A stretch of DNA of 64,000 bases from Thalia democratica (lineage: Eukaryota), in the NCBI GenBank assembly GCA_965202585.1, contig OZ241833.1, forward strand, positions 30,256,001-30,320,000, given 5' to 3'. Both the position numbers and the translations under genes were made by a program. This document shows, piece by piece, positions 34,638 to 49,426 of the stretch (the first letter of the stretch is position 1; each line of letters begins with the position of its first letter). The notes under the pieces are model-generated. The model saw only the letters and a program-made list of their open reading frames with translations, had not been told where the DNA came from and ran no database searches.

Positions 34638-37600
34638 CAACTTTTTCACAAAGACCACATATATGGCGGTCTAAGTAAAATGTAAAAATTATTTTTCGAT
34701 TCATAAAAACATCAGTCTTATTCTTCTCTCTTCTAACATAAGTCTTATTCTTCCCTCTTCTAACATAATATTTTTGAAAGTCTAGCAAGTACCAATGCAT
34801 TTTTACCTGCCCCTTTAATACTCATCAGATAAGTATGTATACCTCAATATTTTTTTGCTTAATAATAAATACCTTTGGTAAAACATTGTTTGGCAAACAT
34901 TCACAAGGTTAATATATCAGCATTTAAACACAAAGCGTAAAGAATTCATTAAGCTTCAATCTCTTAAGTATTCTGACACTTTAACAAAAATACATCAACA
35001 ATTAAATTATGTGATCACTACCACAAAAGTGTAGCCACTATCAGCTGTAGCAAATTTAGATAAACCAATACCAAGCTGAATGTATAAGACTTTATAACAA
35101 TATTTAACACATTTTAATTTCAGCAGACAGAAGAGTTTTTTTGTGATCAAAGCAGGCACACAACAAATATATCTGGTTATGTTTTCTTTTTGCACACATT
35201 ACTTATCTATCAAAAAGAAATTCTAACTGGTAGGTAAAATAAATAAAGATGTTTCATATAGTGTTGTAGTTGTTACTAATTTTTGAACACAAAAACTATA
35301 TATATAAATGTAAAGTAATTATAAATGTTTCAGTAGTCTTATGCACAGAAAATGTTTATTGTTTCAAAGGGTGGAGTATAAGACTAACGTTTTTTTGTAA
35401 GCTGTGAGCCAACTTTACTAGAAAAAAATTGCTTGGGGGCACACTGAACAAGCAGGACAAAATAGTTGTAGTAGTTAGTATAAAGATACTATTTCAAACA
35501 AAAATGTGATGAAACAAGAAATAATAGAAAATTAGAAAGGAGAACTATTAAAATAATAGTCTAGTTGTAAGCTTTTATACAAAAATTTTTGTTATTTGTT
35601 TTAAATAGTATATTTTTAACTATAAGGTACCAATTTTTTTGATCAATGAATATAGTGGTTAAAATATTTCCAAAGCTATTAATGCATACTATGTTTCAGT
35701 ATGTTTCAATTTTACATTGTTCAACTCAAAAAATTTCCAAATCTGTTATTAGGACTTATATCATTGGGACCTATCATTAGGACACTTTCAGTCAATTAAT
35801 GTGAACACAAAAATTAAACAGAGCAGCAAAAAAACAAATGATAAGTTTTCAACTTATTTTAAATAAATTCTTTATTTTTTTTACAGCAAATGAAATATTT
35901 TATTTAAAATTATAACTATTTTAGTTATTTTTAAAAATTTTTAATTAAAATAGTCTCAAGAAAAAAAATACTTTTGTAATATTTTTTTATGGTAAAAAAA
36001 TGTCATTCTCAAACTCTACCCTTTGCAACGATAAACGTTATCTGGGAAATTAAAATCTACTTAATTTTATTGATCAATGAATACAGTGGTTAAATTATTT
36101 CCAAAACTATTTATGCATTTTTACATTATCAAAAAACATTCAACTTACATTGTAGTCTTTGGAACCTAAAAGAGGTCTTTTGTAAGATATTTCAGATCCA
36201 CTTATAGTATTTTGAAAATAACAGTTCTTATATTTTATCAAATCTTCAATCATTGTAAGTTATTGCAACTGAATATTTCAGGTAAAATATGGGTCACTGA
36301 GCTAATTACATCAGTTATGTTTACAAAAAAGTTCAGTATTGTAAATGTTCATAAAATAACACATGTGTTTCAAACTAAATTATTTTCAATTAACTAATTC
36401 ATAACCCATGAACGATGCAACTTTTTAAAGCTGATCCAATTTTTAGTTTTGTTTGAGTGATATTGGGTTATTTAGTACTGTTTAGCGTGTTTTTTTTCAC
36501 TATTAAAAATATAAATTAAAATTTAACTGACTTAAGTATAAGTTTTACGACAATATTAATATATAAAAAACTTTTTTATGTTAGAAAAATATCAGCCTCA
36601 CCTCACTCATCCCTCCCAGCGATAAATATTTCATGTAGGTCAAGCAAGCAAGTTCTACCTGTCCATTATTACTATCACTAAAAGAGTATTAAAATAAGCT
36701 AGAATATATTTTTATTAAGACTTATTGTTTATTTATACCTTTTGCTAAAAAAGTTCAGAAACTATCTTACAAACAGCTTAATATCACAAAAAATAATTAA
36801 AACTTTTTAAAGCAATAAAGCAAGGGTTAAGCGCGTCATATAAAAATAGCTAGAATCTAGGTTTACAAACTCTTTAAATTTGTTTACTTGTTGTGATTTA
36901 TCTATTTTATATCTGTACTTATGAGATATTTTTTAAGTCTCTTCTCGAATAAAGATTTTTTCTTTTTTATAATACAAACTTGTTTTGGTTCTCGTACGAT
37001 TTCTAAACAAAAAATTTAATCAACACTTTTAGTTTTACTACTTATGTGTAAATAATGCAGTCAGTATAACATAATCTAGACTATAGAGTGACGGTGTAGT
37101 TTTTACGAAAATAGGTAGCGCTAAATTTTTTAATGTGCGACAAATATGCGCTCAAAAAAAATTAGACTACGGAATGTACGGACCTGGTATACATAAACCT
37201 TTCGGTTATCAAGCCGTACAACACAGATAAAGTATAACGTCTTTTCCAGGAGTATTGGCCAAAGATGCCATTATGAATAATTTACCTAGCCTAGCCTGCT
37301 TTGCATTACTTAAATAAAATATTTGTTACAAGTACTGTTAACTTAAATGTACAATCTAAGTAGTTTTTTGTAATTATTTATTTTATTATAAATGGGTCAA
37401 TCTATATGATCTGATTTGAAGACTAAACTTTAAGTATAATAGATTTTTTTTTTGTTTCGGGCAGCTATACCATTGTGTTTTGTAAACTAAACCTTTTTAG
37501 GTAAATAAATATTACCTATGTTACACACAGAAAGTATAGTTCAGAGTTTTTTATTTCGTCTTTGTTGCTCTAAAATTAGTTTTAAGTTAGCATTAATTTT

Positions 37601-38550
37601 CAATTAAAACTTTTTTTATGAGCTTTTAGTGTGTCTATAAAAATAAACAGCTTTTTTGTAAGTTTTCAATAAAGATTTGGTGCTTAACTTTTTCACTTGC
37701 CTTGTTATTCTTTAGAACTGTTACAAAACTTACATTAGAAATTTGTATTAGAAAATTTGTCGTAAATGATATCTTATTTTACTTTGTATTAGAACATACC
37801 GACTAATTTTATAATTTTTTATGCTTAGTTTGTTATTTTTAACCGTTGGTTTTATAAAAATGAAAACTGCAAAGTGCAATGACTTAAATACTGCATTCAA
37901 GCAAACACATTAAGTTTTCATTGCTCTTAAAAATATTCATAAACAAAAAGGATTAGTCCAAATTAGACTATGACGCTTAAAACAAGCTAATACTTAACTT
38001 AGACAAGAAGTACTAATTCATTTAAGTAGGTTTAAGTAAAGTTTTTGTATAGACTACACTTGTAAGATAAACTAAATAAATATTATAAAACTTAAGATAC
38101 TATGTATTAAATAAAAACTTAAATATTACTTAAAAGACCACTAGTTTCAATTTTAAAACGACTTTATTTTTAATAATAATTAAGGTTGACATTATTGGTT
38201 TTTAAACTTGTATATACTTTATATTTGTTTTGTCTATAGTTTATTATAAACATTTAATTTAATAAATAAATTAGTCTAAGTAAAGGTGTTTAAAAATGAA
38301 TTAAACATTCTTGATTTCAGGAAGTAGTAATTCACATAATCAGTTACAACACTTAAATTACTCTGTATCATGTATAAAATTTTTGTCAAATTTTCTACAA
38401 ACAACACATACTTTATTATGCAAATTTTTATATATGCACAAAAAATAATATACAGACTAAAGAAAAAACTGACTGAAACATCCTAACAATTTTTATAATT
38501 TTACTTATGACTTGTTTACAAAATGAGCACTAGACTGCTTTGCTCGATCC

Positions 38551-38605
38551 ATGTGACTTTCTACGACCTGGTTTTGTACCCATAGGGACTCATCAGGCTG
38601 ACACA
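38551..38605 (-). ncRNA. Degenerate hammerhead-like motif
   Basis: CTGATGA-GTCCCtatGGGtAC-AAAA-CCAGG-TC; G12 replaced by A, stem I weak. Confidence 0.4.
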
Positions 38606-38819
38606 GCTACAACAAATCCAGGTAGTAGAATGTCAAGTGGAGTGTAGAGCTTATTAAATTAAGGCTAACATACCTCGGCGACGGTAAAATAAACTTCCAC
38701 TAGTTTACTAGATAATTTTTAGATAAGGTACATACAAAAAGTTAGAGCACTATTATTCTCATTAAAAAAGCAATTCAAGTTTTGTAAAAGCTTTTGTGTT
38801 TATATAACGGCACCGTGAT

Positions 38820-39010
38820 ACTAACGATCCCCACCCGCGATCATTTCAACTTTTTTTTTTTTTTTTTCATTTTATATTTTTATCGTCCTTTTTATTAATT
38901 TTTTTCCTTATTTTTTACCATCACTGTTACCCCTATTTGTTTTTGGTAGGTAAGCGGTTTTCGGGTTTGATCTGGTGGGAATTGTGCTTGGGCGTGAACT
39001 GAGCGGTTCC
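38820..39010 (-). mobile_element. Short non-autonomous element, family B (accgct.../gggtaa motifs)
   Basis: Reverse complement resembles 41826-41990 (ggaaccgctcagtt..., accgcttacc, ggggtaacagtga). Confidence 0.6.
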
Positions 39011-40699
39011 CAATGACAACAAAGATAGATCAAAGCAATATGATCTTACTTGAGTGCTTTTTTTTTTGAAAATTCAATGTTCAGTTTCTACAACATTTTA
39101 AAATTTAATTTAAATAAAAAAGTATTTTTCTAACTATCTTCGTTACTAATTCATAAATACTCTAAGCTTAAAAGTTAGTAAACTAAAGCCCCAAGCCTGA
39201 TCCAGCCAAAAACTTGTAACTCTTCGGCCTGCTTTTTTTTCTAATTGAAATTAACAATAAGAAAGCAAAGAATACTGAGGTTTTTATAAATAATATTTAC
39301 TACAAGACTCTCAATTTCACCTTTAGTAAACAGTAGTGCTTATCAAATAATATTTTTATTAAACTTTTAAAAGTTTACTTTGAATTTTTGACATCTGACT
39401 TCGTAGTACAACAGCGGACCACAAATACTGTTTTCTATTAAACGTAGACTGTTACTTATAAAAAATGTTTGGTTAAGGTCCGTTAATGATAAGGGTGTAA
39501 AAATAATAAAAAAAGCTTTATTCTTTTGCTGACTCAGCAAATATGCAAATCAGACTGAGCTTTAGGTTTAGTTTCCGAATAAAACGATCACTTAAAACGA
39601 CAACAAGTAGTCTAACTATTTTTGTGTTTAGTGAGGATAATGTAAACTCATTCACGTAAAACTAGTTTAATTTGATTAAAATTAATATTTGAGCAGAATC
39701 TGTACTAAAACACATCATTTGTTTCAAAAATACATAAAAATGTATATTGTATTAAAAAAATAAATAGAATAACGTTTAACGAGTAGCATAAAACAACTGA
39801 TTGGACAGTGTATACCGTATAACTTAAAATATGTAATTAAATTAAATAGTGATGTTTCGAAGTTGTTGATCAAAATGTCAATTGAACTTGTTAATAAAAT
39901 GTCACAGGGTTTTAAAACTTTCAAACTACAATTCATTTTATAAATTGGAAAATAGAACAAAATTATTAAAAATATGAAAGTACCCACCACTATTTCGCTT
40001 CACAAAGAACTTAGTTACGAAGAGGTAATAAAAATTGAAACAATAAAAACAAAACTTTGAAATATAGTTTTTTTTAAACTTTATAAATACAATTGGTTTG
40101 GAAATTTTAGTTGCGTGCAAACAGCAGTTTGTTTTATAGTACTATTTCTTAAATATTTTTTTTCAACTCAAGTTATATTGTTAACTCACCTTATGAAAAT
40201 AAGCGCTGGAAATAGTTTAAAAAGTAAAAGCAACACAATTCAGCTGTAGTTACCGTTTCTTTGGTTTATTAGGTCTAAACTTGGTTCTGTACAAGACATT
40301 AAACCGTATTTGTGATGAATGACCAGATGACCGAAAAGCTTTTACGAACACCATGTCTTAGACAAAACTACTTGGGTGCTTCTTATTGATCAACAAACAT
40401 TATAAACTTAAACAATGATTAAAAACATGTAATAAAACTTAATTAGAAGACATTTATATACGAAATATAAATTTAAGTTTTATATACAACTATTTGCCGC
40501 TTGTGTTTGCATTTCCTAAGTTCGCACTGCTGGTTGAGCTAAAATTATTTTTTGTAGTTAAAAAAAATTGTAAAGGGTTTACTTGAAAGTACTGATACAA
40601 ACGCAACTATATATATATTTTTTTGTTTAAATTAAATAAAAAAAATCAGTAGAATAAGAACAAAAAACAAGGCATACTTTTCAACTAGATTGTTTAAAT

Positions 40700-41001
40700 C
40701 AGGGGTCAGCAAACTGCGACCCTTAAAACAAAATCAGCGGTCAGCGAGGTACATTTAAGTTGCTAAAATTTTTAAAACAATAGTTTTTGCGGTAAAAACT
40801 TTTAATTAGACTCCTCAACTTTACTAGTGCACTACTGTTGATTTTTTTATCACATTTTCCTATAAAATAAAATTTTTATACTGAGTAAAGCAGTTATCTT
40901 AAAACAGCAGATGCCTGCAAAGACTTTTTTATACAATAAGGCCTACACACAGTTGTTTTATAAGAAATTTCCAGCAATTTATAAAAGGTTGCCGATCCTT
41001 G
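40700..41001 (+). mobile_element. hAT MITE related to 30251-30560
   Basis: caggggtcagcaaactgcg...gccgatccttg. Confidence 0.75.
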
Positions 41002-41825
41002 CTTTTAACCATGATTGAATATTCATTTGTGTGCTTTAGATATTTCGTAAATATATGAATAAGTTAATTATTTGCACCTAACGATTAAAGTATTAAAAAA
41101 TTAAAAAGTCTTATTAAAAAAAGTTTTATTAAAAAAAATAACGAGCAGTGAAATTTATAGTTACACAGCAATAGATGCTCTAAAAATTTTTTAGTAGAGT
41201 AATTTGTTTCCATTCTTCTTGTTATTAAGTATTACTTTTATTATTAATAAATATCATTAAAACACTTATTTGGTAGGTCAAAATTTGTAGTAAAAAAATT
41301 CAAACAGGAAAAACAATATTTGTGACTTTTTGGTTGTTTTTGATAACTCAAATGACAGACTGCTATGTTTTTTTTTTAAATGAATAAATCGTAAATGTAA
41401 TAAAAAAGAAAAATAAATCTTCCCTCTTCTATTGGAAATTAATTGATTAGAAAAGTAGTTGAAAAGCAAAGAATTAAGAACGAGCCTAGATAATTAATAA
41501 AACATTAACGAAAAAAAACATAATTTAGTCAGTAAATTAATTTTATTAAAGATCATAAATAAAAATAACATTATGTAAACTGCGGGCAAAAAGGTGCATT
41601 TCATACTACATAGTTTTATTATTTAATAAAGTTTTTTTCAGGTTTGTATTTACTTTTTGTTTTCTTTTTGAGTAACATGCAAGTTTTTTAGGGAAAATCG
41701 TTTTGAGTTTTGTAAAAAAATATATAGCAGTGATCTTCTACCCTTTCAAAAGTTCTGCACCAGATTTAGTATTAATGAAAAATAACAATTTACAGCTGTT
41801 TTGTTTCTAAAAACACTTTTAGCGT

Positions 41826-41990
41826 TAGGACCCGCTCAGTTCCAACAGCGCGCTATTCCCACCCGATCAAGTCGGAGAACCGCTTACCGACCAAGGGTAA
41901 GGGTTAGTGGTAACTTTTATGTAAACTACTTTTATGCATTTGTGGTAACAGTGATAAAAAGTAAAAATAAAGAGAAAAGTATTTAGTAGT
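41826..41990 (+). mobile_element. Family B element with telomere-like gggtaagggttag core
   Basis: ggacccgctcagttcc...cacccgatcaagtc.gagaaccgcttacc...agggtaagggttagtggtaac. Confidence 0.6.
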
Positions 41991-42949
41991 TTTGAGCGCA
42001 CTTTAGCTACTCTCTTTATTCAAAGCATGTTATCTTATAAATAATTTAAATCCTACTTCCAGGGATATTTACTACTAAACACAGTAGTTTTGCTAAGTCT
42101 GCCCTACACACGTTATTACTGAAAAATATTTTTCCCTTCACAGCTATTAATTATCAATATAAAATTACTTTCTTCATAATTCAAAATCTCTTGATACTTA
42201 CATAGTATATTAAAATTTTTTAACTTATATTATTTTCTTATTAAAGAAAAAACTAATGAAACGTTAAAAAAACATATTTACGCGCTTCACTAAATTTTCT
42301 GTGCACATTACTGTGCACAAGTACGACTGCTGTAGAGTATTGAAGTGACTATTTTATTTTTAATTAATTTTTGTTATCAAAAAAAATTAAATAGTGAATT
42401 GTTTGTAAACAGTTTAAAAAATAGACTTGTTTGACCGGTTCATTTTTTGTTTGCATTTTAATACGCATAATAATTAGTATTTTTTGATAAATTTACTTTC
42501 GTTTTTTTGCACTCACAGCTGCTGCATTTTTCTCACTTAAAATATTATAGATGTGTAAATTATGCTTTGATGTATGGTGTGCTGCTGTAGAAAACAATTT
42601 CAAAAAGGTTGCTTTCCAAAAAACTTAGCCACTCGTCCACTTACTAAATCTGATTAGTTTCTAAACTTTCAATTGAAGATAAGTTTGTTAATTTTAATTC
42701 TTTTAAGCGAAAGCTTCAAGCACAAGCTTTAAGAAAAAAGCTGCGCCCCGTATTTTACTTATTAGAAAACTGACTTTTTGGTAAAACTTACAGTTGGAGC
42801 AATAAGTTTGCAGTTGATGTTATTTATTGCAGTTTTAGTTAATAATTGAATTTTTCTGAAAAACAATTATAAAATTATTATTCAAATACGGCCCGCAAAT
42901 AATTTTGTTTAAAAAATTTTCTCCTTTACTTATAAAAGGCATGTGTCCA

Positions 42950-43180
42950 TTCAAGCACGGTTACTCACAATTCCTAAGCGGATTTATTTATGTTTTAATT
43001 ATTTATTTAATTTTTTATTTTTTTTTTTATATTTTGTTTATTTTTAACTATCAGTGTTACCCCTAAGGCCCTAACCCTTAGTAGTTAAGGGGTTCTCAGA
43101 CTTGATCGGGTGATAAATGATTTTGGTAGGAATTATGTCGACGGAATGCGTGGGTTAAAACTAAGTGGTTCCTGTTGAGT
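42950..43180 (-). mobile_element. Family B element
   Basis: Contains ttacccctaaggccctaaccct and gacttgatcgggtg, the reverse complement of motifs in 41826-41990. Confidence 0.6.
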
Positions 43181-44777
43181 ACGTAATATGTAAATAGAAT
43201 AAAAACTAACTTAGAATCGAAACTTGTAGATTTCGAATTTGGGTACTAAATATATAAATTCAAAATCTACAAGTTTTAATTCTAAGTATGTTTTTATTCT
43301 AAGAGAACCATAATTAAATGAATTTACAAACTGTTCTCTTTAGGCGGTTTAGCTTTAATGATAAACTATAACAACTTGATAGAAAATGTTTTAATTTAGG
43401 ATCAAAAATAACGATAATATTCGAGATTTTTTTAGTATTTTATATTTATTTTAAGCTTACAAAAAATATTTAAAATTATTAAAAAACCTGTTCTACTAAA
43501 TAAAATTTACTTGCTTCAATCGTAACAAGTTCCTAGGAATGCTATATAGAAAAATTAATTATCGCAAAAGTGTATACTACGAAAAAAGCCAAATTATGTA
43601 GTTGTCAAATTAATACTATATTTCTGAAATGCCTAAATTTGTCCCCTGCCAAAAAATAATCAGCATAATAAACACGACCATAGATTTTCAGAATACCTCA
43701 ATTTTTCTCTTTTTCCATTTTAGTCTCACTTTCTCATAGCATATCTTTCTTATTATTTATTTTAAAACCAAATTTTTTTTTATGTTTAGTTGGACGTTTC
43801 TTTGACTTTCAAACAAAGTAAAAGAAAAATTTTATTGGGGCTTACTTTTGAAGCAGCGGCCCTTTGAAAAAATGGTATTTTTAGCATTATTTTTCCCTTT
43901 GCAGTAGAAATACCAAAAAAAAAAATTATAACAATTTTTTTTTTTTTAAATTAAAGGTCTTTATATTATCTCAAAGTTATATATAATTTTTTTTTAAATT
44001 TCAACTTAAAATGAAAGATCTGGGCAAAAATATGTTTTTGTGTTTTAGCAGCACTTAGGACAACAATATTGTTTTGCCTTATTGAGACAAAAATATCAAA
44101 GATATTCTCTTTTTTTTTATTTATTCTTGCTAATTAAGGTTTAATTAATAGGTTATTGTTTTATTTTTTTTCTTAACCTGTTGTACTTTGTTTAGTACGA
44201 CCCCTAAAAGTTTACCTTTTTATAAAATTTCAGTGTTTTTCTGCTGATTATTCCACAAATAAGTCGCTAATTAGGTAATTTCCCAATTATTTGCTAATGA
44301 CAGATTCTAGTTGTAAGTTATAAAACAAATTATCAAATATAATAAAATTTCAGGTCTATATTGGTGCAAGATTAAAAAAATAAATCAAATACAATTTAAT
44401 TTCAGCTTGATATTGTGGACATCATCCTATTAAATTAAAAATGGACTTTGGTTGTAATTGTTAAAAGTTAAAATAATTAAATCCATGAAAAATAATTCTA
44501 TTAGTTTACATTAGTTTGTTACACTAGTAATACTTTCTAAAAGACTAATGATTTATGACCAATATCGAGACTAAATAATACCTCTCCCCCTTTGACCTTA
44601 AGATTTAAAATGAGATTTATTTTTTTTTGGTTAGATTACTAGATAATTCAGGATTCATTGTGTTCATAACTTTGTTTTTTTATGTAAAACATTGTTAGAG
44701 TACAAACATTTTGTTTTGTCACATCACAACCACAATTTAAATAAATTTTATTACAAAACCTAAAATTACATGAAATT

Positions 44778-45541
44778 TACTTGCCGTTTTTACTCAAAGC
44801 TATGATATATGCCCAAATTAATTTTTATCAAAAAATATGTTTATTCCCCCCTCCAGCCTATGGCCTTTATAAAATTATAGACATATGTATTTATTATTTG
44901 GTTATCATACTTGTCAAGCTTGATTTATTTGTTAGCATACTCCTGAATAAGACTCTAATGGTGTTATATCACCACTTAGACAACTTAGTCATGTGCATAC
45001 AACAAAGTTTGTTAACAATTTTATAAACATATAATTATATTATTATTCATTTTAAAATTATATCAATAAATTTGAATAATAATACATAATTTCAATTGTT
45101 ATATAATTTAGTTTTTATCAACAGTAATTAATAATAAATTTGAATGATATTTTTGAATTCTATATAAACTGGCTTGCCGTTTTTACTCAAAGTTATGATA
45201 TATTTGCCAAAATTAATTTTTATCAAAAAATTTGTTAAACCCCCCCCAGCCTATGGTCTATCATACTTGTCAAACTTGATTTATTTGTTAGCATACTCCT
45301 GAATAAGACTCTAATGGTGTTATATCACCATTTAGACAACTTAGTCATGTGCATACAACAAAGTTTGTTAACAATTTTATAAACATATAATTATATTATT
45401 ATTCATTTTAAAATTATATCAATAAATTTGAATAATAATACATAATTTCAATTGTTATATAATTTAGTTTTTATCATCAGTAATTAATAATAAATTTGAT
45501 TGATATTTTTGAATTCTATATAAACTGGCTTGCCGTTTTTA
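44778..45541. repeat. Tandem duplication (about 360-400-bp unit) inside the MULE
   Basis: ttgccgtttttac restarts at about 44781, 45174 and 45530; the bodies are near identical. Confidence 0.9.
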
Positions 45542-45894
45542 CGAGGCTACTAGCTTATAACATTCACCCACAGGAAGGGTTTTTAAATTATTAAAATATT
45601 TAGTTTCAATAAGGGATTTGCATATTTTCTCTAACTCAATTGGACTTTCTCCTTTTCTTCCTCTCTTTATCTTTTGAAATGGCATTTTTTAAATAATTTA
45701 ATGTAAGTAAAAGTAAATTAACTAAAAAGAATAAATTTTAAAGCAGCTGTGATTGAATTAATTGTAATAATAATATGAAAAATGATAATAATTTTAATGC
45801 CTTTTGATAAGTTAAATACAGCCACTATGACATTTTAAATTTGAAAAAAGTGTCATTAGAAACTGGATGGGAAATTCCCTAATCAATAATTTGT

Positions 45895-46620
45895 GTTTTG
45901 CAAAACTTGAAGCGGCTGGTTTGTTAAATAATTTTGTTGTACTTCTCGAAGAAAGACCTATATAACAGTTTTATTAGCTTCAATAACTATTTCAAAGCAT
46001 TAATTGATATTAAAAAAGTGTATATACTTGTTAATATAGGACTAACATTAATTAGGAAATAATAAATATGGATAATAAAAATAAAAACAAAAACATAAAC
46101 TACAAATTTAACAATTTTTTATTTTTTTATGTTTTTTATGTTTTAAAATTTATGTATTGAATTTTATTTATAACTAAACTAAAAAAGTATATATACTTGT
46201 TATCATAGGACAAACATTAATTATGATACAAAATTTGAAGAGGCTGGTTTATTAAATAATTTTGTTGTTCTTCTCACTAAATGTAATATACTATAAATGT
46301 TTTAGTATAAAGACCTCTGTTATATTTTTATTAGCTTCAATAACTATTTCAAAGCATTAATTTGTATTAAAAAATTAATTTCATTTGTTAATATACGACG
46401 AACATTAATTAGGATATAGTAACTAAGGATAATAAAAATAAAATAAAGAACATAAACTAAAATTTACCAATTTTTATAGTTTTAATATTATAAAGTTTTT
46501 TTAAATTTATGTATTTTAATTTATTCAAAGTTAAACTAAAAACGTATATATACTTGTTATTATATGACTAACATTTATTAGGATATAATAACAAAGGATG
46601 ACAAAACTAAAATGAAGAAC
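45895..46620. repeat. Diverged tandem repeats (about 330-bp unit) inside the MULE
   Basis: tgaagcggctggtttg (about 45908) vs tgaagaggctggttta (about 46237); repeated tatatacttgtta...gactaacatt blocks. Confidence 0.75.
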
Positions 46621-49426
46621 ATAAATTGAAATATATTCTTAATTGTTAAATCAATAAAAATATGTTAGTATAATCAATTATGAATCTATTTTGTAAACAT
46701 AATAAAAAGTCTAAATCGACAAATGAATTTATTTAGTTATTACGTTTATTCAAGTATAATTCACGCTATTTTATTCACCTATTTTGTTATACAAATTTAC
46801 TTATGCGTTTTTTTCGTCAAAAAAGTATATTTAAAAAAAGATTTTTAGTTAACATTTCTTTGATTTTTTAGTGTTATAGCATATTTTCGTCCCTGCTTTC
46901 GTTATAATTTGAAAAAATTAGAAAACCTTTTTTGCTCTTTAGCGCCACAAACTTTTGTCGAATCAGTGACTTATTTGTGGAATAATCAGCAGATGAAAAA
47001 CAGTGATATTTTATAAAAAGGTAAATTTTTAGGGGTCGTACTAAACAAAGTACAACAGGTTAAGAAAAAAAATAAAACAATAACCTATTAATTAAACCTT
47101 AATTAGCAAGAATAAATAAAAAAAAAGAGAATATCTTCGATATTTTTGTCACAATATGGCAAAACAATAGTGTTGTCCTAAGTGCTGCTAAAACACGAAA
47201 ACATATTTTTGCCCAGATCTATTATTTTAATTTGAAATTTAAAAAAAAATTATATATAACTTTGAGATAATATAAAGACCTTTAATTAAAAAAAAAAAAA
47301 ATTGTTATAATTTTTTTTTTTTTGGTATTTCTACTGCAAACGGAAAAATAATGCTAAAAAGACCATTTTTTCAAAGGGCCGCTGCTTCAAAAGTAAGCCC
47401 CAATAAAATTTTTCTTTTACTTTGTTTGAAAGTCAAAGAAACGTTCAACTAAACATAAAAAAAAGTTTGGTTTTAAAATAAATAATAAGAAAGATATGCT
47501 ATGAGAAAGTGAGACTAAAATGGAAAAAGAGGAAATTCGAGGTATTCTGAAATTCTATGGTCGTATAATAAACTAATTCCTGTATTAAAAAAAACAATTA
47601 TTTTTAACATGAATATTTTTATTGAGGTTTTCTTATATTTGTAAGTAATTGCAGAAAAAATATTATTTAATTTAAATTAATTATAATAATTTTAACAATA
47701 TTTTTTCTTTGAACTTTTTACAACTTGTTTGTTTATTTGTTGTATGTTAAAACAATTTTAATAAAAAAAAACTTTGATATTAATTAATAACTTTATTTGA
47801 TAGTTAGAATATATTTAACTGCATTCAAAGGGAAGATTGAATTATTTTGTTTAAACTGTAAACTATAAAAATTTATTAACAATAAACAAAGTTACCTCAT
47901 ATTCAGGCCACATATGATAATTTAAGATATTTTTTAAAGAAAAAAAGGTTTTTTTGAAGTTTGTTAACAAATTGGAGACAAGTTTTTATGACCTTGAATC
48001 ATATTTTTTTAGTTTTGATTTTGATTTTAGATATTAAGTTAATCTCAAATTATTATGATTTATTTAAGTATTCAAACTTAAACAACAATAAAGGTAAAGT
48101 TTTTGGTTTTTATTCCTTGTTTGTAGTTTTTTATTAGGTTAGCTTGATGTAATACAGGGTTACTTTATTGCCTCAAAGACAGGCAATCTTGTTTTAATAA
48201 TTTTGTTACTGAAATTTTAAGATTTAAGTTATCTCAAATTTATTTATTTTTTTTATGGTAGAAAACCATCAGACTTCCTCTTCCTTCTACAACAATAAAC
48301 TTCAATTAAAATTTATTTTTATTAACTTGGTAATGTTTTTATTCTAGTTCTAATACAAAAGTTATCTTATCTTAATTTTTAAAAGTTTTTGCTATCATTA
48401 ATAAGTCTATATTGTTTTTCAAAATAAGCTAAATTAAAGTTATATATTAACTTTTTAAAATGTTTTTAAGATTTGGCCATAGGCTTTTATTATTAAATAA
48501 TAAACTCAAATATACACAATGGATTATCTTAATAACTCTATTTCTCGACCATGTTCACTATATTTCTTGATGTTGGACATTTTAAAGTAGCAACTCATTT
48601 GCATTGATTGGTGATTTGGTGAGGACGTATTAAACTATTAGTTTTGTGATTGCATTAATTTTCAACAAAATTTGTTATTATAGTGCTCACTTCTAAGCGT
48701 TTAAATTTTGTATATGTGACACTTCTTTTAAAGCAGTTTTATAACTTTTAAAATATTGCTTTTGTATTAATGAACGGGCACTTTAACCTTGAATCCTTGA
48801 AAAACCTGAAACTTGATACCTTATGAAAAAACTGAAACTTTCAACAATTTTACGTTATGTTATCATCTCTTTAAGTTCTTTTTTATTGAAGTTTTGTAGT
48901 GTTTTCAAATATTTAAACTTGTATTCAGAATTTTAAAATGTAACTTTTCTTATTTGAAAAATATTGAAAAACATATAATGGTATTTATTTTCTATCATAA
49001 GTCAAATTTTTAGTTATTTTAAATTAGGTTCTTGCAAACTTTACAGTTTTTTTTATGTGGTGTACAATTTTTGTTTTTTATTATGAATTTTTTAAAGTTA
49101 TGAATTTTAAATTTTTCACATTAAGTTGATAATTTTATTTTAATTATTAGTGTTTTATGGATTCTGAGACTACTAAAGTGACTTTTGAAGTATTTCAAAT
49201 AAAACGTATTATTGTTTAAATATTTGAAAAAACTTTAACTTTATAAGAGCTTAAAGTTGTTGATTTTACTATGCTGATATTTGAGGTTTTCTGCTGAAAC
49301 TATTATTTCAATTTAAAATTAAATATTTTATGAACTTGAGTAGGTCTAAAATTTGTGTCGATCTTGGCCTTAAGTTTTTTTTTTTATGTAAAGACACAAA
49401 TTCATTTCAACTATAAACAGTATTTA

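Larger units (their letters stand above)
43674..47564. mobile_element. Mutator/foldback-like (MULE) non-autonomous element, about 600-bp TIRs, 9-bp TSD
   Basis: 43674-44272 is the inverted repeat of 46961-47564; TSD ataataaac at 43665-43673 and 47565-47573. Confidence 0.9.

Noticed and set aside
34790-34835. CTGATGAG on the minus strand as another hammerhead
   Set aside because: No GAAA box at the correct spacing and no stem II.
37080-37300. CpG-richer patch as a coding exon or the GPAT first exon
   Set aside because: No frame gives recognisable protein with compatible splice sites; it may be a promoter but this is unsupported.
38600-38660. Minus-strand peptide YTPLDILLPGFVVAVSA resembling an intramembrane protease motif
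   Set aside because: Ends in a stop, no neighbouring exons; probably chance.
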